DNA of 64,000 nucleotides from Tubulanus polymorphus (Eukaryota; Animalia; Nemertea), in the NCBI RefSeq assembly GCF_964204645.1, contig NC_134030.1, positions 7,048,778 through 7,112,777 of the forward strand, written 5' to 3'. The translations under genes and the position numbers were made by a program. This document shows positions 26,092-39,389 of this stretch, in pieces; the first letter of the stretch is position 1, and each line of letters opens with the position of its first letter. The notes under the pieces were generated by a model. That model ran no database searches and was not told the DNA's origin. It worked only from the letters and a program-made list of their open reading frames with translations.

Positions 26092-29000
26092 ATGGCAGGA
26101 TATCGGCATTGGCTGGTTCTGTTTTTTGTCGTGTTGAGCGCCGCGTGCGTGACAGCCCTAATTTATCAAGGTAAACAGAAAAGTCATCAAAAAAGTTCAT
26201 CAATAGGTAAACAGAACTATTGGCGTATATTGCATGGATCCATCCCGAGTTCTGTTACATCTGTTACATGTGAATCACTACTCCAAAAATACTAGATTTC
26301 GTTGTTTTTATAAGTTATCTTGTATGTTTTCTAGATTATGAGCAACACTATTATATTACGTGCTATCATAATTCATTGCCTTTACCGTTTACCTACGTTT
26401 AAAACATTTTAAACTTTTTACGGGATATTTTTTATCCTGTTATGTTGTAATGTTACGTATTATATATTATATTTTTGTAAAAATATGAAGCATCTTTTAT
26501 TTCAATTCATTAATAGATAAGCGTATGCGAATTACCTCAAATTATGACTTATCATAGCTCTAAGTGATAAGTGTTAGCACGGGTATACGCGTAGCTTATT
26601 TCAGATTGTTTTTCCTCCTTTCGTTCGTGAAACTCCCGTGTTGCATATATATATGTAAAATTTGCTTGCAGGGCAGCGTCGTGCAAACAGAAACAGGAAT
26701 AAAGGTCTGTACTACGACGAAGACGAAGAAGATGACGACGATTATCAAGGAATAACAGGTGCGACATTATAATCGACTGTTGCCATTCGATGTGACTCTA
26801 TGAATGAGAAATTTCCGATTTGAATAAACCCAATGTATATTACTGATTCTATCTTATGCTGCCGAAAGGTTGTTAAAACGAATGAAAGAAACGTCTGAAA
26901 TTCGAAATATATTCACAACCGATTGGTTGCATATATAAGAAAATGAATTTGCGTGACTTTTACCACGAATTTCTGTGAAAGATCATATTATCATTGGTGG
27001 CAATTTATCAGAATCAGGACAGTTTTATGGGACAATTATCGAAACGAATTCGTCATATTCGTCGAAATCAGTACATGCTTGTCTTCTGCGTGTGTTCAAA
27101 GCGACCTAGTCGACGGCGCAGTAATCGATGTCTTTATATTTCCAATTTGCAGCCTGTCGCATGAGATGATTGGCACCGTTAATTTGCACTATTTTTCCAA
27201 AGCATTCCTAGACCGAGATATTCTTCCACCTTGAACGAACAGTTTCCATGACAACGTACATGTCACGGCGCGGTTTCTGAGCTTGCCGCTCGTGCTCGTC
27301 GACGATAACCTGCCGTTGCTCTCGGAAACTCTCCGTTAGACCGCGATCTCATCGTCGTCGCAGATATTCTTTCATATAGGTGTTTTAGAAAATCCCCCGT
27401 TCGTTTCCGTCGGTTGGATCTCGTCTGTCAGAAATCCGCGCGTTATCTACGCTTATCCCGACACGTTTCGGACAATACGATCAATGACAAGATGAAACCC
27501 TTCAGTGGAGAGAGCCATTTGGTATTTTCAGCCGATAAGCGCGGCGACATTGAGCGCTCGAGAGATTGGCTTGATTAATGGATGGAAATATAACGAAGAG
27601 CGGCGAGCGAGTTAGACGCTGCGACGCTGTTCGCATCATTCCCCCTAGTTGTCTGAAATGCATATTACATTGTTATAGAAAAGAGAATCTGGCGGATATT
27701 TTTTCATTACTTAAAAACCATTATGTATATTTCATTGCACGATTTATTATTTGTCTTTTTAGGTAATAAAGGCTACACCGGTATCGTTCCCGATGAGCAG
27801 CGACTATATCACGACCTAATGGAAGGATATGAGAATTCCGTCCGTCCAGTAATGAACGCTTCGGAAACGCTGGTAATAAGATTCAGCCTGAGGCTTAATC
27901 AGATCATCGGGCTGGTAAGGAGCACATAGACCATCCAACTTCCAAAGCGTAACGTAGCTAAAAGATGAGGACATTTTCAATAAAGATTATCAAATAATGA
28001 AGTAGAATATTTCATTTACAAAAGTATTCAGAGATCGATACATTATATAACGTTCAGGACCAGTAAAACATGGAAGACAGATATTACTTTGAAGGTTGGC
28101 TGGATTTATTTAGAGTGAGGGCTTTCGCTACTTTAGTGCCTTCATCATTTGCCTGATGAAGCTACTATGCACTGATAGCGAAAGCTTGTACTCCAAATAA
28201 ATCTAGTTAACCTTCAAAGTATCATTCATCTCTGTGCGTTTTACCGATTCGAAATCGGGTTGTTATCGCGGCTCATCTGCAACTTTCAGGACGAGAGACA
28301 CCAGGTTTTAACCACCAACGTATTCATAGATCAAGACTGGGTAGACGAAAATCTGAAATGGAATTCAACCGAGTACAACGGCATTAAACATTTACGTATT
28401 CCCGCTCATCGAGTATGGCTTCCAGATACATTCGTCTTCAACAAGTACGTATTCTCGCGGTGTTATTTTAGTAGCGGAATGCGCGGTGATATCGCGTGAT
28501 GTCATATGGCGCGCGATCGAGACGAAATTATGAAAACAATTCCATCGCAGGGGGAATCAAATCGATTTAATACCAATATTATTTTGATAGATCGCGGATG
28601 CAATCGAATATTGATTCGCTCAAAAGATGATTGCTCGAAAATGGCGAGAAACGGATTTAGAATTCTGCAGCTAATGATAGTAGCAATGATTACACTAGGC
28701 GCAGTTTTAATAAGGAAAAAGAAAATTTGATTAAATATCTATATAGATATCTCAGTTAAAAGTTTTACATAAATAAGATGATCAAGTACATTCAATGCCC
28801 TGAGATTACGATTTCGATTAAAAGTATTTTAGCATATTCCACAAACTAAAACAGCTGTAGATGCGCATTCATAAAAACGACTAGCATGGTTATCGGTATT
28901 TTGCGTACGATATCTTTACATCGGACAAGATGCTGGATGAACCCGCGCGCTTAGGGTTTATAAACCGGAAGGTTTCCACGCGATTGATCAAACGTATATC

Positions 29001-31761
29001 GAATATCGTATATCGACAGCGAATGATAGAAATATGATGTATTATCTACGGGATTTCATTACGCACCGAGCAATTTGATACCCGGAGAAGCAAATGATTT
29101 ATTGGACATACAGGTTATTAACACCGATCGATTCGTGTCAATATATACCCCCGATAAAACGCGATGCAGGGTATACTACCAAAATCATATATGTGACGTC
29201 ATGTGTTTATGGGTCCCTCGGTGGTGATCCGTTTTCGTTTAATTGCAAATATTAGCTTCTGCCGAGGTGAGATGGCGGGCTAATAGGTGCCTGAGGTGTG
29301 ATAACTACTCTTGAGGTAGTCGACCATTACTGTTCCTATTATTATCGCTAATTTCTTCGTCAAAACGATCCTATACCATTCGTGAGAATGAAGTCCCAAT
29401 TGCATCATTCAGTCATACCGACTCACGGAGAACTTTCACAGAAAACCAGCTGATCTCTACATCTTTTCTATGTAGTGAATTGTGTAGATATGAACAAGAA
29501 ATCTTCACCCGATAGTGGTACTACTACGCTGTCGGGTAAACTTTATAAAAGCACAATCGATTTTAAAGTTAATTCTTTTAAAAAAACAACCGATTCAGCC
29601 CTTCACTTTGATACCGGTGGGTGATTGGCACCAATGGAGCTTGCTAATGAGTATCTAATTTGAGTGTCCAATAATAAAATAAAGATGAAAAAATATCACT
29701 TAGGGCTTTTACGGGTAATCATGAACGAAATTTCGATCTAATGCTTACCGATATATCTTTTACTTTCATGATTCAAGCGCTGACGACGGTTCGACTGGAT
29801 TTATGGCGGGAATTCACGTGCTGGTGAATGAAAACGGATCCGTGCTGTGGCCGGTGCCCGTCAAATTGAAAAGCTCGTGCAAGGTGGACATCACGTACTT
29901 TCCGTTCGACGATCAAACGTGTATATTGAGGTTCGGGTCGTGGATCTACAGCATCAATTGGATGGATTTCGTCAGCACGCATCAGAACGTCGACCTTGAA
30001 AACTACGTCGATAACAGCGAATGGGATCTCATATCAGTCACGTTCGAAAAACGCGTCGAACGCGCAGGCGCATCGAACGAACGGCGTAGCGATTTGACTT
30101 ACACTTTACACATTCGCAGACGAACTTTTTATTACATATTCAACATAATCGTTCCGTGCATTATGTTATCCGTATTGACATTGCTGACGTTTTGGTTGCC
30201 GACGACGAGCGGGGAAAAAGTGACGCTCGGTTTATCGGTATTTTTAGCCTTCTCCATGTTCATGTTGCTTATCGCTGAAGAGGTACCTGCTACGTCGGAG
30301 TCAGTTCCCTTAATAGGTAATCAATCACCGACTGCAATTTGGATCCGTCACGCCCTGTAAAATATCATATTTCATACCACACGAAATTCTAATAATATCC
30401 ACGTTAGATTTCAATACGGATAAAGCTGCTTTTCCTTCTGTATTCGATTATCGACTATATTCGACTGTTTTTCCTTGGTGACATTTCGTGACCAAATTGT
30501 TAAGGGTATCATATTCCATCAGTTATGGCATGCGTGTAGAGGACAACATCGAATATTGGTTCACGCAACGTTGTCTCCGAACATTAAATGTCATCGGCAT
30601 GTTGGCGCCGATTGTAAAAAGTTTGCTAACCAGTATAACGACGATTATAGAGAGATTTAGCCCGCAACTAAAACCGTGTATTTTCTCTTTGCAGGCATTT
30701 ACCTAACGACAGTAATGACTATGACATCGGTTTCTGTCATATTAGCCGTGCTCGTCATTAACGTGTATAACAAAGGTTATAAATTCAGAGAGGTGCCTCC
30801 GTGGCTACGTACAATCATACTGAAATATCTGTCAGCTATAATGTGTATGAAACATGACATACCGCGGCTGGCTCATCTAATCAGATTGGTAAGTTGATAG
30901 AATGAGACCTAATCCATCATTCGCAAAGGTGGTGAAGGTCAATAATGGAGTTGTCCCAAAAATCTTGATGGTGTAACTTTAATTTGACATGAATGATCGA
31001 TTGGCCTTAGCGTCAAGTACCGATTTAGCATATCGCTCTTGAGATACGATCCAAGCATATCCATTTTATTTACAGTCAAGTAATTGTCAATGCCGTGTCA
31101 CTTTTAAATCTCAACACATTTTTGTACTAAATCATTGTAGCCAGAAGAAGATGGCGATGGATTACGATGTGACATACATTCCAACCCGGACGAGTGGCCG
31201 TTGCAGAAAATCTTGAAACGCGGCGATCACGTGCATCCGTCGGGCGAAAATGATTCGCGCACCGTCGTCATGGATCATGTCGATGTCAATCTGAACGGCC
31301 GCGAACAGTTGTTGACGCGTCGCAAAGCGAATTCCGTCTACGACAACTTATCGGATTCACCGAATTTGGGCGCCTACGAACAGGAAACCTCGCTGATTGA
31401 AGATTGCGACTCGCAGCGAAGTTCAATATCGGACGAACTGACGAATAACACGGCGTACTTGCAGGATCCGGACAGGCGGGTGCATTTCTCCTGCGAATGC
31501 GACAAAATGTCCATCAACGAAAACTCGGAAGAGATGTGCCAAAGACAAAACGAACTGATGAAACAGAAGGTTGTAATAGCCGAATGGCAACGAATCGCTG
31601 CCGTAATCGATAGACTTTTATTTTGGGCATATTTCGTGGGTACGATCGTGTCGTATGTGGTGATTTTGTTCATAATTCCTGGTTCGAAACCCGGTCTTAA
31701 CGACCAAAACCCCAACAATCAGCGCAGAGCTATGAATGTACCCGTTCACCATTACCAATGA
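26092..31761 (+). CDS. Cys-loop cation channel, nicotinic acetylcholine receptor-like non-alpha subunit (alpha9/10-like invertebrate clade), ~608 aa
   Basis: Exons 26092-26170 (signal peptide), 26672-26758, 27763-27914, 28290-28444, 29778-30316, 30695-30888 and 31141-31761 sum to 1827 nt in frame. Motifs: Cys-loop CKVDITYFPFDDQTC, M1 YYIFNIIVPC, GEK plus M2 VTLGLSVFLAFSMFML, M4 EWQRIAAVIDRLLFW. Loop C has no vicinal Cys-Cys. Confidence 0.93.
28066..28242. mobile_element. Penelope-like element-derived inverted repeat with a hammerhead-like core
   Basis: Long imperfect palindrome (tactttgaaggtt...gatttattt...gctttcgcta...cttcatca / tgatgaag...tagcgaaagc...aaataaatc...aaccttcaaagta) containing CTGATGA...CGAAA and AATAAA. 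Confidence 0.6.
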
Positions 31762-33108
31762 CACCCATAGCACGAAAGAGGCCAGGACTCAGGAACTGTA
31801 TACTGTTAACTGTAATCACCCCCATTCGAATATCATCATATAAGCTAGATTTGGAAGTTAAGTCGAATCATATTTGAAAAATCCGGTTGCACGGTTCTAG
31901 ATTTTCACGTTTTAAGTTCGATCCGAAGGCCTAAATTCAACTCTACGCGAAAAGCCTGTTTTGTGGGTACCTTAAATATTAGACCGTCGAACCGGAAAAT
32001 TAAACTGCCCTATAAGAGTGAAGGATGGTCTCCCTGTTTCGTGTTGTATTATTTGATTTTGTTGGTAGAGATGTTCACGATTGCTCGTAATTATTAAGAC
32101 GGTCGGTTAACATGGAATGTTTCTAGATATATCATATCATGGTCAAGAGCACCCCGCGAACACGAGATGCATTCTATTGTCCGCAATTGAAGTTTCTCTC
32201 GCGTTATAAGTAGCTACCAGGTTAGTACGTCGTTCTCCTATAGTCTCTACATGGATCCTCGCAGCTATCTTGTCCTCGTCACATATCTACAAAGCTTTGT
32301 CTCTAGTACACATCCTTATTTGACCTTTCTAAGACAGAAGTGCAATATGAAATCTTGGAGGACAAGAAATCTGAGTTTCAATTCACTTAAAAGCTCACGA
32401 ACAACACGCTACTAACATATTTGTAAAATATTTAATAGTGTTCTGACCAAATGATACCGGTACAATCTATTTAGATAGGCAAAGGTAAAAAGAAATAAAG
32501 TAATTCAAAATCTATATCGTCGTTATTTTTCGTCATGGTAGCTAAAAGATGGCTTGTTGAATTGGTTTTGTTCCTATATATATGTATATAACATGGCTCT
32601 AAAGAATTCAGAGGATATAAAACGTATCTTAGTTAAAAACAAATAAGATTTTATTATCATATATAGTGTTATGATACCTCTTAAAACATAAATATTACCG
32701 ACTATATATAGACTGGTATCTTGGTATCTCTGTCATATAAAGTTAATTTCTCTCAAAGCTGCCTTCTCCACCCCATCCACATAGTTAAGAAATTATTCGT
32801 TTCAACCCCTCTATCACTGATCGTTAGTAATATTTATCCGATAATCACAAACTATTCATGAATATCACAGTGTAGCAAAACATTAATAGCACAATAAATA
32901 ACAAGTTTCATTAGGATAATCGTTTCCATATTAAACAAGTTAAAAAATACAAAATGAACAAAAAGTTATAAGGCAGCAATCGAATATACGTGTAGTGAAA
33001 AATTGAAAAAAAACTATTGCATCGACAAAATACACTCACAAATATCAGTAAAACACGCGTAATACTGTGACCGTGTTGCGTCGTTCAAAGGAAATTCCCG
33101 ATACAACT

Positions 33109-36100
33109 TTAAGAAGTGAATGATGTTGTGCTCGTATCTGCCATTGCCATGTTGACAATACCAACAGATTGGTCAAGGTTGTTGCTATCTGCCAAGTTGG
33201 ATTTCTTTGCGTACAGGTTTTCGATGACGGTTTGCGCTGACTCGTCTTTATCCTCGACGATGTAAGGTAAGGCTTCCTCTTCGGGAACTTCCCAGTAGTT
33301 ATCATCGTCAAACAGATCGTGCGACTTCGGTGCGTCCCAGATTGATATCTTCAAAATGAATCCTGAAAGAAAAACACGGTTCAACGTTACATCTCTAGTA
33401 ACACTACTGCACGTAGTGGTTGAGTTCTTGTTTTTAATAGAACACGCATGAAGGAATCGTGATTAATCGCTGTTATGAATATTTCGAGCATCGATTCCCA
33501 AACAGCTGGACGACTACGCCAGGCAGAACAGTGTATCTTTCCAGTTATTTCTTACATTCTTTCAATAACTGACCTTGCTGTTAACCTATTCCCTGGGCCC
33601 GGTTTTATAGACTGGTATTACCTTTTACCCGGGGGCTAACTCAATTGATAATGTTAGCCCCGGGTTAAATATAATACCGGCCTATAAAACCAGTCCCTGG
33701 GCCTCAAGTTATCACCAGTCTTTAAGATAAGGATTCTACGTGTTCCAAATATTTACCTGTAATTGCCCCTCCAACCAGCGCCATGCCCAATGTCATGCCC
33801 AGAGTAGCCAGCTGGAATAAAGCCTGCTGGGCGGCAGTTCGACCAAGTCCTGGATCAACTGATAATGTTTTCTGTAGCTCAGCCAATTCGGTGGAATTTT
33901 TAACGGGTGCCATTGCCGGGAATATTTGATATAAACTGGAATATCAAAAGTTAATACTGCCTTTGAGATTGATGCGAACGAAATGAATTTTGATAAATAT
34001 TCTTAATTTCGAGTATTGCAATAAAAACTGTAAGACAAGAGTACTAAACGCCTGCCCTGGGATAAAATCGCAATACCTCTTTCCATATTGTGTTTCAGTA
34101 GCCTGTGAAGTCACGATGATGCCGACAATTCCAGCTAGAATACCCGGCATTCCATGTAAATTGTTCACTCCACATGTGTCGTGTACTTTGATCTTTTTGG
34201 TCATACAAGGCTAAAAATAGTTTTTCAAAATCCATGTTATCGGATATATTTATTTATGCATATTGTATAAACAGAAAAATATTTGATAACCTCGTTTTCT
34301 TCTTTTAATTCCAAATTCTTACCGTTAAAAATCTATAGCCAAGGACGGACAGGACTGCGGCCCCGGAACCGACAATAAGAGCTCCGAACGGAGTGATCAT
34401 GAGATCGGCACTAGTACCAATAGCGACGCCACCGGCCAACGTGGCATTCTGTATATGTACCTAGGATTCAGTGTCAAAGTATTAGTTCATCTGTCATTCT
34501 AGCTGAATTATATATCATTTACAAATTATACAATCCATTATGATAGATACAAAATTGATTTAGAAAAATCGTAACGGCCAACAACGGCGCATCAAGGAAA
34601 ATGTGTTGCTTTCTTAAGAAAAAAAGAGAAAAAACGAAATAGAGATAAAGTGAATACGTCGCTCCATTGCAAGCATTCAACCGATGAAGACATCAAGATA
34701 CGAATCCCCGCAAAGAAGAGTGGAAAGTCGACGCTCACCATATCAAATTTTTCTTTATTTGACGCGTTGGAGACAGCAAATGTGACCACGCAACAAGCCG
34801 CCAGTGATATGTACGTGTTGATGATAGCACGCGTTCTTTCGTCGCCAGTAGCCAAGGCTGCGTTGAAACTGGGCCAGAACATCCACAGGAAGATCGATCC
34901 TAAAACAGTTTGAAATTCATATTTGCTTTTCGAATCCGTGTAAAAGTGCAGGATTGAATAATGCCCGTTAATTTCTGTTCATCTTAACATAGATTTATAA
35001 TATATAATACTAGTCAACTTAAATGTGGTTAATCTGGTTAAATGCTGATTATGTCCAAGCAGGACCTCAGTATTGTACATCATATTTGTATATTGTACCA
35101 TCATACAAAAGATAAACCTTTTGCATAAGAACAAAATGTGGTTGATCAGTCTTACCTATCATTGCAAAAAGATCGGAGTGGTAAACCGATCCTTCCTTTC
35201 TAGATGATACAATGTCATCTGTATACAACACTCTGGCAACTGCCAAACCAAAGTATGCTCCGAACGTGTGGACAATCATTGAACCTCCGATATCTACTGG
35301 CTGTAAAGCAATTAGATAGATTATTCATATTTCTCACACTAGAGACCGCTTAACGAGATTTTTATCATGAAATGTGTATTAAGTAAGAGTTTATATGCAT
35401 ATTCTATTTCTAAAAGTTTTCAACATTATCCTGAGCCAATAATATTGTCAACAAGGTGACTCAACGACGCCAACGATTAACTATGAAATATTGCTCTTGA
35501 AAGATGAAACTACTTACCATCAGATAATTTACAGCTACCCACTCATTGACAGCAAATATCGGTATTTCAAGCATGCACATAATTACCAGTTGTAGCGGGC
35601 TTGTTTTACCTAAAACAGCTCCAAACGATATCAAAACGGCTGCTGCTGAGAAATCTGCCGTAATCAACCTAAAAACGACACGTAAAAACTCAATGGTATC
35701 TTGATCCCTTTTTCCATAAACATCATAACGTATGATTATTTAGAATTTCTACATTCAGTGTATTAGTATTTGATACGTATTAACCTCGGAACACGTTTCA
35801 ACTTGCCGGTCGTCTCTAGAGAAGACTCCAGAACCTAGTTGGTCTTAAGAAACGAATTTTTGTTCAATGGAATCTAAAATATTCTTATGTGTTTAGTGCA
35901 AAATACCATATGTTGGAGCAAGAAGTATAGCATTGTTTTTTGTATTCTTATTTGTTTATCTATATATCTATATTTTCAAAAGATTTGCAGAGCAAGCTGA
36001 GTAAAACCATATACACTTAGAGAAGTCTGGCAAAACGTACGATGTTTGACCGATAAGAATCTTCCCGTCGTGTAAATGAAAGAAACCATGGATAAGCATA

Positions 36101-38021
36101 AACCACTGAATACAGATGGCGCTGATGAGGAAATTATAACCCATACTGCTGAAACCGTATTTCTTCAAAAACGTCATCAGAAATCCGAAACCGACAAAGA
36201 TCATGACGTGTACGTCTTGGAACACTGAAAATAAGAAATGTTACACACTTTCAATGCGTACAAAATCCATAACTTAATGAAAAGATTCTATTTAAAACCT
36301 GTCTTATGAGGGCATCAGGATTTATTTCTCAAACACACGTCATATTCAACAATACTCATTCGATAAAGCTTTGTACGAGTTCTTTAATCCGTCAGTCTTT
36401 TATTCTACTTTGATTTACTAGTCCTTCGAAGATGACACTAATGTCAAGGGAAATCTCTTGTATTCGTAGTCGGTTCTTCCACGAAATGCAATGTTGTCTT
36501 TCACAAATTGTACTATGTAATTTATCATTGCAGAAAAATTTGAAATTTGAATGTTTGAAGTGGAACAAATACAACTGTAACTCATATACTAGTTACTTTT
36601 CAATTCAATGTTGGCACTCGTGTGTGCATTAAGAAGTTATTTGATGTGAGACCAAGTGGTGAATATTCCGAGACAATAATTCTGATAAAGTAAAATAAAG
36701 CACTTTTTCGGGCCAATTCCCTGTCAACGTGCGACTTAGCTTATCAAGATTGACGGACATTGTTCGTATAAAGTTATAAAGCCGAAAATTTTTACGGATC
36801 TTCTCACGCATGACTTATCTCTTAATTCAATTTTCTCTTGGGTGAAGCATTAAGCACCTTGTCGCACAATGACCGTGGAAGAAATGAAGGAATTAATGTC
36901 AATCAGTATATTAATGATATAGTAATATTTGTTTGCAACGTTAATCTAGAAAAAAGAACGATCGTATTCTAATTGCGATGTAGTGACATAGTATTAATTG
37001 GGAAACTCTGAAGTACTTTACTTGTCAAATTTCATATCATATTTCTCAAGAATGATTTTTGATTCAGGGACTTTATTCATAATGTAATTTTCACATCTTA
37101 AAGCTATTTTTCTTAAAGTTTCGGCCACGTTATAAAACTGCACACAGGCATAGAGAAATTCTGTCGGGCAATACGAGGACATTTTTGAATCGCAGCAAAA
37201 TCATAAATTAAACATTGGTCGTCAAGGGAGGGAACCGCTGGAAGGAAGAATGGATTGTTTGGGTCAAATTGAACTCTGACATCATCTACGTGTTATCGAT
37301 TCGAATTATCGACTGCTTTGTATTTGTTTATTCAGTTATACAGTCGGCAGACGGATATTCTATTTGACCACGAATTGATTATCATCAACGTCCATGTATC
37401 GCATATGTACGTAATTAACTTATGTTGCGTCTATATAGGATGTCGTTAAAAATCATTATCCGGACAACATATATCGTTCATCGAACGTGGATACCATTCA
37501 TCGATTAGCTAAGCTTATGTAAAATAACTGCCGTAGCAATATCAATGATGATTATTAACATGTGCTTCTAATCATGTTTTTGCTACAGGTTTGTAGACGA
37601 ATTTAACATGTGTCGCCACCCATTACATATACAATCGGCGCACCAATGATTTCTGTCTGGATTGGTAACGAACGGTGACATGTATACAAAAAACGTAATT
37701 TTCTTTCCTTAGAAAAATATTTGTTTGATAAAGTTCGAAACGAAGAATATCTTTCATCTAAATAAAAAATCTCTATGTGAATTTTCTCGTTTAGGAAACC
37801 TGTTTATAGTAATATTCATTGAACTGTTTTGATAAAAATCATTGCTATTGCTTACTTGGATAATACTGCACTTTTTCAGTCGGTGTTCCAGTATCATTGT
37901 TGTTCGACGGATCCTTGGCATTTGCTTCTTTATCGTAGTCGACAAAAATGGCAAACAACACGATGAATAAAATCTCGATGGCGATCAAAATCAGCGACAA
38001 TTTTCCTCGTCTCCAAGCCAT
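33109..38021 (-). CDS. Rh-type ammonium transporter (Rhag/Rhbg/Rhcg family), multi-exon
   Basis: Starts [23 protein letters not shown] at 38021. Family motifs in successive exons: [101 protein letters not shown] and [10 protein letters not shown]. Both pore histidines are present; stop at 33109. Confidence 0.96.
33596..33697. mobile_element. Palindromic MITE (family B), Harbinger-like
   Basis: Near-perfect hairpin ggcccggttttatagactggtatta...taataccggcctataaaaccagtcc, flanked by CTG on both sides. Confidence 0.75.
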
Positions 38022-39389
38022 GATGTAAGAGGAGTAACAGTACTGTTAGTTCTGACTGTGGTGGATCGAATTGTGCACTGTGCGCGCTCACATGAGGTGG
38101 TCTCAGATCGACACCCTACTGTGAATCAAATATATGGGGTCGTGTTCCGAGCGCGCCTTTCAATGAACGTGAACCACGACGGGTGTTTATACCTACGTTA
38201 CCCCGGTTATTATTCATTATAAGATGTTTTTTTCTCGCCTTTGTAAGAGAATTTAAAGAATTTTAAGTACAACACTTTACAGTACCCGAAATATGTCAAA
38301 AATGTACAAATTACGAGGCAGAATTCCTTAGTCAAATTCCATTATTCCCAGAAAATATTTATGAGGTAGACGTCTATCAAAACAAAAAAGGGTTTAGCTT
38401 GAATTTCCACGTTGTTTCTTTGATCAGGGTTCAAATTCACGAGTCAAGCCGCTACTTATCTACTTCTTAATTCAAATGATTATGGAACTGTTTTAAAATG
38501 GTTATCCTTTTTTGCAGTACTTATTCCAGCCGGTCCCCACCTTTTAAAATTTTTGATTTTATGGCTCTGGAATATCTTAAATTGGCCAAACCTAGTCATT
38601 GAATATAAGATATTGCATTAAGAAAGTGGAATCAGATAGAATTGCCATGCTAAAAAATATTTCCAGGGGTCTAGAAGCTTCGTTAGCATGAACGGCCGCG
38701 ATGCAACTATCTCTACTAGGAAACGTAACGGTGCGCGTAATATGAATGGAATTGTTTTGTGCGATAAACAGCACGCCAGGTAGGCGGTGCTCCAGTATGT
38801 TCTGGAATATGTACGAAATCCGAAATCTCAATATTTTAGTTTTAGAGATTTAGAGTTAAACATTAAGCAGTGCTCAATGCGAAATACAAATACCAATAAA
38901 GGTTTTTGTAGATTTCTAGAAAATCCCCCAGACCAGTATTCTTGTTTTTTACTTGTGGCCATGTGGGCCGTGATGAATGAAGGTTAAAAATTCTTTGGGG
39001 GGGGGGGGGGGTGACGACGGGCAAGGTCTAGTTAGGCTACTTACTAACTGAAGTTAAACTTCAAGTAGATGAGTAGATAGATCGATCACAGTGTCCAAAC
39101 AAAAGGTACCACCCAAAGAAGAAGTGTTGCGTCACTGCTCTGTGTACTGTACTGTATGTAGGCCTGTGAGGAAGGCCCTCCGCTCCAGCGCCTATCCGTG
39201 ACAAGCTCTGTGGGTTGTGGCTAGGATCTATTATCGGATAAGTCCCTGTTTGACAACCGACATAATATGAAAAGTGATTAAATTTTGAGGGAAATCATAC
39301 ATATTTCCACTTTCAACCGAATTGTTCTTGTAGCCGAAGTTGTGAAGCCTGAAGGTCAATAGAAAGACTAAGAGCAGAAACAAAGCGCG

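Noticed and set aside
31374-31718. 114-aa minus-strand ORF
   Set aside because: Antisense shadow of the receptor's last exon.
38997-39012. Poly-G run between the divergent Rh and HINFP genes as a G-quadruplex regulator
   Set aside because: A simple homopolymer of unreliable length, with no further support.
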